Shown here: piece by piece, positions 31,448 through 40,300 of the stretch
How the letters are laid out: every line of letters begins with the position of its first letter
Numbering within the stretch: the first letter of the stretch is position 1
Assembly (NCBI RefSeq): GCF_004307995.1
Contig: NZ_SIRE01000004.1
Location: forward strand, 403,309-467,308
DNA from: Paenibacillus thalictri
GTDB taxonomy: Bacteria; Bacillota; Bacilli; Paenibacillales; NBRC-103111
DNA length: 64,000 nt
Reading direction: 5' to 3'
Translations under genes and position numbers: made by a program
Notes under the pieces: generated by a model
Told to the model about the DNA's origin: nothing
What the model saw: only the letters and a program-made list of their open reading frames with translations
Databases searched by the model: none

Positions 31448-32554
31448 TCATCTGCTCCGATCACCCAACAGAGAATTGAGCTGCTCGAGCAAATTCCCGC
31501 CGCCTGTCAATGAAATGGTGCCAATCTTCTCGCAGATTTTCTCCAGAAACTCAAGTTCTTTCAAACGATACAACGTCTGGTTCTCATCCATCAACTTGGC
31601 TGTATTCAACAAACTGCGCGCAGAAGCGGTTTCCTCCCGGCGTGTAATCAGATTAGCCTGCGCTTTCTTCTCTGCAAGAAGGACCGTATTCAGGATATCT
31701 TTAATGTCCCCTGGAAGGATAATATCCTTCAGTCCGGCCGAAAGGAACAACACGCCGTAATCATCACTTTTCTCCTGCAACCGGGAAAGGACAAAAGCGG
31801 CGATTTCCTGCTTCATTTTGAGCAGATCATCAAGCTTTAACGTACCGACATATTCCCGCAAAATGAGCTGAAGCTGGATATACAGCTGTTCCTCAAATGA
31901 CTTGATAGCCATGATGCGGAGGGGACTCACAATTTTGTACTGGCAAACGAAATTAAGCCGCAGTGTCACCTTATCTTCGGTCATCATTTCTTGGCCAGTC
32001 ATATCGATTTGCAGCTGCCGTAAATCGACGGTTTTTACCGCGACCGAGACAGGTCCTCTCCAGAAGTAATATTTGCCGGGACCAAGCTCTTTTTGCATCA
32101 CATGATTGTAAAATAAAGCTCCCGACTCGTGGTTTGCTACCTCGAACGCCTGATAAAAGCCCGCCAGCTTCGGAAGAAGGGCTGCATCAATTTCTGCTGG
32201 CAGTTCCGGTTTCCGGATATCTATGTGAACGTATGTATGCTTTTTCAGCACATTCCAGAACGCATAACTTCCGGATGTCAGCAGTCCACAAAACTTACTG
32301 TCCTCATAATGCAGCACATACTCGTGGTCAAGCACATGAACCACATCCAGCTGCTGCAGAAGTCCCTCATCATGCATAAACAGCTGTAAATCTTTACCCT
32401 CAACGATAAAAGGCTTCGTTATATTCAACACAACGACCGTATCCTCGGAAAAAGCCGAAAAACGATATACATTAGGCTGAAGCAGTTTATAGTAGTTCCC
32501 TTTTCGGAACAGCAGGCCTCGCTCGTCGTTATGTATTGTCACTTTTTTAAACAT
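31448..32554 (-). CDS. SPFH/band-7 domain protein (slipin/flotillin-like)
   Basis: C-terminal region (KDIILPGDIKDILNTVLLAEKKAQANLITRREETASARSLLNTAKLM) resembles the SPFH coiled-coil tail. 368 aa. Confidence 0.45.
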   Translation of the reverse strand: MFKKVTIHNDERGLLFRKGNYYKLLQPNVYRFSAFSEDTVVVLNITKPFIVEGKDLQLFMHDEGLLQQLDVVHVLDHEYVLHYEDSKFCGLLTSGSYAFWNVLKKHTYVHIDIRKPELPAEIDAALLPKLAGFYQAFEVANHESGALFYNHVMQKELGPGKYYFWRGPVSVAVKTVDLRQLQIDMTGQEMMTEDKVTLRLNFVCQYKIVSPLRIMAIKSFEEQLYIQLQLILREYVGTLKLDDLLKMKQEIAAFVLSRLQEKSDDYGVLFLSAGLKDIILPGDIKDILNTVLLAEKKAQANLITRREETASARSLLNTAKLMDENQTLYRLKELEFLEKICEKIGTISLTGGGNLLEQLNSLLGDRSR

Positions 32555-32818
32555 ACAATTTCCTCCTCTGATCTGATTGTTAGGAATCCCCCTGCTGCAA
32601 AAGGCGGAATCTCGCTTGAGAAGCGGGATAACCTGAACATCCCCCCGTTAACTCCATCATCCGTGGGACAAGCCAGCCTGCGCCTGCCACAATATCATGT
32701 TCATTATGCGGAGAATGTTCCAGTGGCCCGTTTCGGTATCCGCGGATTGCATGGCCCTGCCGCAGTGTGCATGGAAAGCCACCTGGATTCCTAACACCAG
32801 TCAATTTTTTCACAATAA

Positions 32819-32883
32819 GCTCGATTAGAAGTCGAGTGCTCTACCCTGAGCGAATCGTCTGTAACGATGGGGAGTCGAACCCC
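32819..32883 (-). other. Rearranged tRNA-like remnant: T-arm + acceptor-3'-like piece (GGGGTTCGACTCCCCATCGTTACA) immediately followed by a tRNA-Arg(UCU)-like 5' half (GACGATTCGCTC-AGGGTA-GAGC-A-CTCGA-CTTCTAA-TCGAG)
   Basis: Minus-sense reading shows D-stem GCTC/GAGC, anticodon stem CTCGA/TCGAG with loop CTTCTAA (U33, anticodon UCU, A37), and a canonical T-loop TTCGACT closed by GGGG/CCCC. The order of halves is permuted and no intact cloverleaf can be drawn. Block ACGAT(T)CGCTC occurs twice, at 32849-32859 and 32895-32904, the second ~20 nt upstream of this remnant's 5' end. Confidence 0.45.
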
Positions 32884-33228
32884 TATGGAAGATTCATGCC
32901 GGAGCGATCGTACAGCATACAAGCACCTATTGGCGCAAGCACTGCGGAACCTTATGAAGTCCCAGCCTTGGTACATCGTCCATGTAGTGAACCTACATGT
33001 ATCTTAAGCCGTCCCCCTCTTAACGAACATGGCAAAAGTATTACGACTCATCGGAAAGTTTCCATTTCTCCCGAAATAAAATTGTTCTGTTCCTGGAATA
33101 TTTGCGATTACCGCTTTTTAAAAACCAAGCAGCAAGCAATACAAGAATGGGAAACATCACCGTGGCCGAAAGACAAATCATTAACTCGAGCAAACGTCAT
33201 TAAAGAATGGGAAAAGTTCTATAGAAGA

Positions 33229-33318
33229 AAATAAACTCAAGCGTCGGCTAAGGGAAGCCCGGCGTTTGAGTTTTTTAATAGGATAAATATTACGCATGGA
33301 TAACGGCTTACTGCCGAG
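33229..33318 (+). repeat. Copy 2 of the ~85-90 bp imperfect direct repeat (see 30600-30690)
   Basis: AATAAACTCAAGCGTCGGC...GTTTGAGTTTTTTAATAGGATAAATATTACGCATGGATAACGG. Includes a terminator-like hairpin plus T-run. Confidence 0.6.
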
Positions 33319-33374
33319 AATGCTGAGCACATGCCCTAAACACACTTTCCCATTTAGCTAAGACGGCGTTTAGG

Positions 33375-34520
33375 CTAATCCTCCACAACCCAAGCCCAGT
33401 TGAACCGGGCCAACGTCAGATAACGTTCATCCGCCTGCTCGGTTTTCGCCCCTCTTTCGTAGAGGCACAAAATTGTCCCGTCCGCAGCCACAGCCAGATC
33501 GGAATACTGCGCGGGGCCGGACTCCAGCGATTTGCAAGCCATCCAGGTTCGGCAGTCGTCCACACTTGCTTTGATCGTTAATCCTTGGCGGGCATAAGGG
33601 CGGACGATCAGCGTGTCACTCACTTTCGTCGTACGTTGAGGTCCCGTCAAATCGGATAAGTTAGCGAAAAGAATCGGAGCGACCGGATACCCTTGCTGCT
33701 CCGGCAGCTTGATAATCGAGCCAAAGCAAATCGGGTCCGGCAAAGCCTCGTCGAAATAAGGCTGCGACCATGTCCCTGCCCCGTCCGGACTGGTTACAAT
33801 CAAGCGGCGGTATGTATCGCTTTCCGTCCGCACATTAAACAGCACCGTTCCGTCCGACAATTCTACCGGCACCGTCTCGTTCGGATGCAATATCGCATCC
33901 GAGGTTCGTACTACAAACTCACCGGGCCGCCATGTTTGCCCATGATCGTCACTGTAAATCGATACGACATCGGAGGGACGATGCCCCTTTTTCCCGTTGC
34001 CAAATTCTTCGCCGGTGCCTTCGGACATCCATACCGGAATCACCAGACGTCCGCCGGTAAGCTGAATGCCATGACCGGGGCCTGGAGCGATGACCTGCCA
34101 AGCGTACCGATCCCGATATGTTTCCATAACAGAAGTAATATCGGTCGGCTCACTGAACGACGCGCCTTCATCATCCGATTTCATGTAATATAACCGTTCA
34201 TAATTGGTACAGTACAGGCAATGCACGTCACCTGTTACAAGGTCGGCAAACAACACCAGATTGTTAACCGGCTCCGCCGCGCTGTATTGCTCATACCCGA
34301 CCAATACCCGGGGTTCCTCCCATGTAACGCCATTATCAAAGCTGCGCTTTATTACAATATCAATCGGGTCCCAATCGCTTCCTTTTCCCATACGGGCGTC
34401 ATACCAAGCGATGACGGTCCCTTTCTTCGTTGTAATCAATCCCGGAATACGAAATACCCAGTAACCACGATCCCCCGATTTTTCAAAATCCTGCTTTTCA
34501 CAAAATGCGCTCTGCTCCAT
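33375..34520 (-). CDS. BNR/Asp-box repeat sialidase-like glycosidase (GH33-like), no signal peptide (start re-assigned to ATG 34520)
   Basis: Asp-box motifs SFDNGVTW, SDDHGQTW, SPDGAGTW and FRIPGL (sialidase RIP-like motif). RBS GGAGAGGAG precedes the internal Met. The first 80 codons of the track ORF overlap the upstream MFS gene. Confidence 0.65.
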   Translation of the reverse strand: MEQSAFCEKQDFEKSGDRGYWVFRIPGLITTKKGTVIAWYDARMGKGSDWDPIDIVIKRSFDNGVTWEEPRVLVGYEQYSAAEPVNNLVLFADLVTGDVHCLYCTNYERLYYMKSDDEGASFSEPTDITSVMETYRDRYAWQVIAPGPGHGIQLTGGRLVIPVWMSEGTGEEFGNGKKGHRPSDVVSIYSDDHGQTWRPGEFVVRTSDAILHPNETVPVELSDGTVLFNVRTESDTYRRLIVTSPDGAGTWSQPYFDEALPDPICFGSIIKLPEQQGYPVAPILFANLSDLTGPQRTTKVSDTLIVRPYARQGLTIKASVDDCRTWMACKSLESGPAQYSDLAVAADGTILCLYERGAKTEQADERYLTLARFNWAWVVED

Positions 34521-35661
34521 GTGCCGTTCTCCTCTCCATTTCATATTTGGACCACAGGAAGGTAAGTAAAGTGCCGACAGCCGCCACAACTCCTCCTGCA
34601 AAATAAACTTCACCGGGTTCGAACTTCTCCATCCCCCACCCTCCGGCAGTGCTTCCGATAAACCCGGCAACACCTGCAAATACAGCTGTAAAAACAGCCT
34701 GTCCGGTAGCCTGCAGATGCGGCGGCACCAATTTGGTAACCTGTAGCACCGCGGCGACATAAATGATCGGCACCGTCACCAAATTCATCACTTGATGAAC
34801 AATCAGCCATATCGGATCGTAAAGCCAAGCTACAGTCACCCAACGGAGCGCAAACATCCAGCCCGCAAACACCAGCAGCCGGGTCTCCCCATACCGCTGT
34901 ACCAAACGGCCCGACAAGAAATAAGCGGGAATGGAGCACAACGTAGCTATAGACCAACTGAGCCCGACTTGAAAATCTGTCGCTCCCCGCATTTTCATAA
35001 ACACACTAAACAACTGGTCATTCATCCGAAAAGGAACTGCAATGATCATAATGGCAAAAAGGTACCCCAAATACTTCCGGTCACCCATCAGTTCGCGGAG
35101 ATGCCGGATTTGCAGCGGTTTCACCTGACGGTTAGACCCGCTCGGAAGCTGTGAAGCGACAGCAATCAGCAGCAAACACATCGTGGCAAATACAACAGGA
35201 AGCGGGGCAATTCCCCAATGGCCAAAGGCAATCCCGAACAGCAAGCTGCCCAGCGACAAGCCGGCAGACCCCCATAACCGAACGTTCCCATAGCTCGATC
35301 CCGTTCTGTTTGTGTAATCAATCGCCAGCGTATCGGCTAACGGCACAACCGGAGAATAGAAAAACATAAACAAGGAAAAACCAGCCGACGCCAGCAGCAG
35401 CGTCTCCATCTGAAAAAGCAAACTTCCAGCCGCTAAAGACAACGCTAACAGCACAATAAGCAGCTTTTTCATTCTCCGCCACCGGTCCGCTACAATCCCC
35501 CATAATGGCTGCGCCACAATCGAGGTGACCGATCCTGCCGATATCAGCAGCCCTACCTGCGCAACCGAATAACCCTCATGCTGCAAGTAGAGGGGCAAAT
35601 AATACAAAGTGACAACGGTAAGAACGGCTTGCATGAAATAATAAGAAGATAATGCAATCAT
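34498..35661 (-). CDS. MFS transporter (translationally coupled to the sialidase-like gene)
   Basis: 387 aa, 12 TM pattern, GIVADRWRRMKK loop motif. Its stop lies 23 nt inside the downstream gene. Confidence 0.7.
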   Translation of the reverse strand: MIALSSYYFMQAVLTVVTLYYLPLYLQHEGYSVAQVGLLISAGSVTSIVAQPLWGIVADRWRRMKKLLIVLLALSLAAGSLLFQMETLLLASAGFSLFMFFYSPVVPLADTLAIDYTNRTGSSYGNVRLWGSAGLSLGSLLFGIAFGHWGIAPLPVVFATMCLLLIAVASQLPSGSNRQVKPLQIRHLRELMGDRKYLGYLFAIMIIAVPFRMNDQLFSVFMKMRGATDFQVGLSWSIATLCSIPAYFLSGRLVQRYGETRLLVFAGWMFALRWVTVAWLYDPIWLIVHQVMNLVTVPIIYVAAVLQVTKLVPPHLQATGQAVFTAVFAGVAGFIGSTAGGWGMEKFEPGEVYFAGGVVAAVGTLLTFLWSKYEMERRTAHGAERIL

Positions 35662-36195
35662 CGAATGTCCAGTTTCTCTTGAGCCAACTTATGCTCACTC
35701 TCCTTTCCTGTCACATAGTGTACTCGCTCGCCGGACCGCGGACATCTCAATTTTTCGGTAAAGTTTGATTGGATTTTGGGAATTTAGGTGTTTGCTGTTG
35801 GGGCGTTAGCCGGGGGCGGAGACACGGAAAGAGACGCATGCGAATTCATACGCCTATTGGTGGAGGATCATAGCTATTTTCGCGACGATGATCCCAGTTG
35901 GGCTGATTATTAACGTAGTTAACGATCATATTTAGCCGCGGCGATGAAATCATCGTTTTTTTACGCTGTGTCCATCTGGCATTAAGAAAACCGAGTGATT
36001 TCAGGTGAGGGCCGGATTTTTATTCGGTTGGTTTATTTGGCGCCATGTCGTAGCTGGACTTTATCTGTTGGTCACCTTAAACCAAAAAACAACCATTCCT
36101 GCCTAGGCTCTGTCAAGCTTTTTGTGCAGATTTTGTTTCAATTTGCTCCAGGAGCACGTACTCCTCCTATGTTCTATGTTGCATATATAATAGAA

Positions 36196-36822
36196 TCAAC
36201 TCCATTTCTTAATCAGTTTCTCCACTCGCTTTCGCTTTGTATCCTTTTCAATATCGTTGAGTCGTAAGTAAAGCGTCTTTGTGAAAGAGGCTTTGTTTGT
36301 ATCGTTAACGATGGATATTGCATTCTCCGCATACATGGGAAGTTGATTAGTCGGACATCTTTTAAGCTGTTTGATGAGCAATGCGAATGCATGATCCGAA
36401 TAGAGTTTGACCGAACATAGTTTAATCAGGATATTGATTCCGTGATCTTTCGTTATTACCGATCCTTTGTCCGTAACGTCAACAATTTTTGTAAGTGCTG
36501 CATATATGACTTCCGGATTTTCAAGAGTTATCGCATCTAATGCCGTCATAGCCCCCCAAACAAGTCGATTGTTCCCATGATCAAGCAATGTTACGAACTC
36601 TTTGCTGTATGCGGCAACTAAAGACGGCTTGAGATTTCCAATTTCATAGAGGACTTTAATGCAATCGCTTTGAATGTTCTTGTCTTTGTTATGCAACAAG
36701 TGATCAACAAGTTCTTTCACAGCTTCTCTATCCTCTCGGCCGGCAATATCTTTCGCCAGTTCCTGATTAGGACCTTCGTCTTTGCGGTTGAGTGACGCTG
36801 CTAATTTGTCGATTATGGTCAT
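36196..36822 (-). CDS. Hypothetical alpha-helical repeat protein (HEAT/AlkD-like fold suspected)
   Basis: 208 aa, AT-rich gene with repeated helical hairpin pattern (VKELVDHLLHNKDKNIQSDCIKVLYEIG...). No catalytic motif recognised. Confidence 0.3.
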   Translation of the reverse strand: MTIIDKLAASLNRKDEGPNQELAKDIAGREDREAVKELVDHLLHNKDKNIQSDCIKVLYEIGNLKPSLVAAYSKEFVTLLDHGNNRLVWGAMTALDAITLENPEVIYAALTKIVDVTDKGSVITKDHGINILIKLCSVKLYSDHAFALLIKQLKRCPTNQLPMYAENAISIVNDTNKASFTKTLYLRLNDIEKDTKRKRVEKLIKKWS

Positions 36823-36897
36823 TGGTTTATCTCCTTCATAGTTGAGGCAACTCGCTTTATTAAATAACCTTATATGATTTAAGGTAAATGTGCTACA

Positions 36898-37143
36898 TCA
36901 AATTGTTCTCCGCTGAAGAGGGCATACGCCGTTTATAAGGTAACAGTCATGAGTTCCTGCGACAAGCAGTATTTGAGTATAGTGATTTTTCATGGCCTTA
37001 AGGAAATGAACACTTTGTTGGTTGGAATGGCCCAAGTCCCCTGCAATAACAAGGACCTTCGAGCATTCCTGCGGCAGTATATTCTCCACCAAGGAGTCAG
37101 ATCCTTGGCAAGCTTGCATGGCTCGTACCGCGTTCCGGGTCAA
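36898..37143 (-). pseudogene. Truncated calcineurin-like metallophosphoesterase fragment, with an adjacent out-of-frame ankyrin-repeat-like fragment at about 37144-37250
   Basis: 81-aa ORF with VIAGDLGH and GTHD (GNHD-like) motifs but lacking the remainder. Immediately upstream, a different frame encodes PSPANSHDLVRLLLSYGADPD (ankyrin consensus) without a proper start. Confidence 0.4.
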
Positions 37144-37384
37144 GAAGCTCTTGATCCGGATCTGCGCCGTAGGAGAGCAGAAGTCTTACCAGATCGTGGC
37201 TATTTGCCGGCGACGGCATTCCATACAGCTCAAATCCACCCCCTCCCCTTTGTTATTCCGGCAATCTCAGTCTAGCAGAGGGGATGTACAAAAAAATGGA
37301 CAGCAAACATCAGCGGCCAAGCAAAAAGAACAAACAAAAAGAGCATCCCCCGACCACATAATAGGGGAACGCTCTTTCGAATGA

Positions 37385-40300
37385 TTATAACTTTCTCTGC
37401 AAATTCTGCTCGTAGGTTTCCTTAAATTTGTCGCCGAACAGCTCGAATTCCTGTAAATAATCCCGGCAGGACCGCAACAGGTTCATGTACATGATGGACA
37501 CGTTGGGTTCCTCATCCAATATGGACGCCAGCTCGAAAACTACAGCCGTTCCGGTACCGCCATAATCCCATAGGTAATCTTCATTCTCCTCGATGGCGTA
37601 ACTGATCGCTTTAGCGCTCAGATGCTGCCTGGCATATTCCTTGTCGATAATCAGGGTGTCTCCGGGCACGTAAATTTTGACGTGATCATTGATGACGGTC
37701 ACTGCAGCCCGGTCTTTGGCGGTCACGGCATATGAAATTTTTTCCCCTGCAAAATCAAATTCCCTGATCTCCACTTCATTCTGTTCGCCATAAGGAACCG
37801 GTTCCTTCCCGTCCCGGGAACCATACAAGCCGCTATGGAGCTTCTCATTGATGATTTGCCGGTAATAGAACTGTTCCTCTTTCGTGGCGGCCCGGCCCAT
37901 AAGTCGGATCAACTCGTTAACGTCCAGGCTCTCGTCAATGTCCACCGCAGCTTCGGGCTCATCCATATCAACCGTGTATTCCGGGATTACGGCTGCGGCG
38001 GCAGTAGCTTGAGCTTGCGTGAGCCGCTCGACGGCCAACGCAAAACCCTGCTCCGCCGATTTCCCGTACCATTCCATCGCCTCCTCCTTATTCTGCGGTA
38101 CGCCATAGCCATTCTCATAACAGAAGCCCACATTGTACTGCGCTTCCGCGTGTCCCAGTTCGGCAGCCTTGCTGCAATATTCGAAGGTTTTGTTCAAATC
38201 GCGTTCGATCCCTTTGCCTGAAAAATAACACTCTCCAATCACATTAAGAGCTTCCGGATTGCTCCAGTACGCAGCAGACTCCAATACCTCAACGGCCTTC
38301 CGGATGTCTTGCTCCGTTCCAACACCATTTCGGTAACAGTTCCCCAACTTAACAATTGCCTCTTCTATAAAGCCCGATTTTTCAACGGCTAGTTTAAAGT
38401 ATTGAAAAGCTTTGCCGGCATCCTCCCCGACATGGACATCCAAGCTTGGGCAGTAGCCCATCTCGTATGCCAGCCCTAATTCGTAAAACATACTGTTGTC
38501 TTGCTGCGTTTCCGCCAGTTGCTCATACAATCCGATCAGCTTGGGGCCGTATGTTGTACCGTATTTCTTTGTGTAAAGATCTGCCAGAGGAACCAGAGGT
38601 TTGTCCGATTCACTTTCAAATACGGGGTAGCCTTGCAAATAGGCTTCCTCCATCAGAATCTCCGCCTGTTCCAAATCGGCCGGAACCCCTCTACCCTCCA
38701 TGTACATCACAGCCAATGAAAACTTGGCATACGTATTCCCTTGCCGGGCCGATAGCCCCAACCAGTAGGCAGCCGTCTCGTCATTCCGAGCGACCCCTCT
38801 GCCGCCTTCGTATAGAGCGCCCAGATAGTACTGCCCGGTAGCGCAGCCTTGTTTTGCAGACTGCCCATACCAGCGGGCTGCTTGTTTTTCATTTTGGGGA
38901 ACCGCAATGCCACGCTCGTAAAAATGGCCCACCATGGTTTGTGCCGCAATATGGCCCGATTCCGCCGCTTTGATGTAATATGGGAATGCCAGGTCTAGTT
39001 TGCTCCAGCTGCCATAATCTTCAGCCGCGAGGTAATACCCTTCCACAACCTCCCGGATCGACTTTTCATCCCCCAGCTTCACTGCTTGCTCTAACCAATA
39101 AACAGCCGTTGTGTAATCCTTCCGTTCCTCATTCTCGGCCATATAGAAGAGCCCAAGATTCCGCATCGCCTCCGGATCCCCAAGCTCTACAGCCTGCCGG
39201 TACCATTGCTCGTATTGCCGGTAATCCTCCGCAATTTCCCCGTCTGAACCAAACATACGATCCAGATAGAACCTTCCCCGTTCATCTTCTCGCTCCGCGG
39301 CGTGCCGGAAATAGCCGGCAGCTTGCCCGTAGTCCAGAGGTACCCCGGTCCCTTTTAAAGAATATAAGCCCAGTGCATGGAGCGCACTCTTGCTGCCCAG
39401 TTCAGCCGACTTCCGGTAAATCTCGGCGGCCTGCTGAAAATCCATATCCGCAGCATATGCCTCGGCCAGAACGTGGCTGCAATCGATCAGCTTGCTTCCG
39501 GCATTCTCGTTGCCCACCCGGACGGCTTGTTCATACCGATGAATCGCCATGCGGAGACGGATCGTTTTACCATAATGCCGCTCCGCTTTTCCATCTTTCA
39601 ACATGTCGCCCAGCCATTCCTGTGCGGTCCCGTCTCCTTGCTCCGCTGCGAGGTTATACCACTTGAAGGCGGCTTCATAATCCGCCGGGACCCCTTTGCC
39701 GAATTCATACATATACCCCAGGTGCAGCTGGGCGGTAATATCCCCGGCTTCGGCGGCTTTTAGGTAATAATACAACGTCTGTTCATGATCCTGCTCAGAT
39801 TCGAATCTGCGGGCCAGCGAATAATACCATTCAGCGGTTTTTTTCGCAGCAGCTTCATGGCCTAATCCTGACGCTTTTTCATACCATTCCGCTGCAAGCT
39901 CATATTCCCATTCCGAAGACAGGAAGTCTCCGATTTTCGCAAAATGGTCAGCCTCCTCGTATCCCGGATCGCCATATTTCTCCGCCTCCCGGTAGTGCTC
40001 CATAGCAGCCGTGAACATTGCTTGATCAACCGCCGCTTTGGCCAACCGGCAGCAGCACTCGTGGAGTCCGTTCCGGTAGTAATCGTTATCACGGATTTCC
40101 CCCGCTCCCCGATACCAACCAAGGGCTGCTTCCACATCGTCCTTCTCCAGTGCTTGCTCTCCAAGCTTCAGATAACACCGGTTCAAATCCCAATCGCAGC
40201 TGCAATCACCTGTCTCGTTCGCTTTCCTATACCACCTTGCGGCTTGCTCATAGTCTGGAACGTCGCAATTGGAATCGCAGTCTGAATAATAGTTGCCCAA

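Noticed and set aside
32740-33000. Possible tmRNA or RNase P RNA, suggested by the tRNA-like T-arm and GGAAAGCC-containing hairpins
   Set aside because: No CCA-proximal acceptor/T-arm pair with an alanine-type acceptor, no tag-peptide reading frame, and no RNase P P4 (GGAAAGUCC-type) core. Only fragments of tRNA architecture are present.
32580-33234. 77-aa minus and 155-aa plus ORFs in the 32.6-33.3 kb intergenic region
   Set aside because: No RBS and odd composition. The region is better explained by the tRNA-like remnant and the repeat element. A short real peptide cannot be excluded.
33375-34760. N-terminal 80 codons of the track ORF for the sialidase-like gene
   Set aside because: They overlap the 3' end of the upstream MFS gene in another frame. 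The internal ATG at 34520 has a strong RBS and starts the conserved domain.
38980-39763. 228-aa and 128-aa plus-strand ORFs inside the Sel1 giant
   Set aside because: Antisense to the repeat gene; Pro/Arg-rich, no start context.
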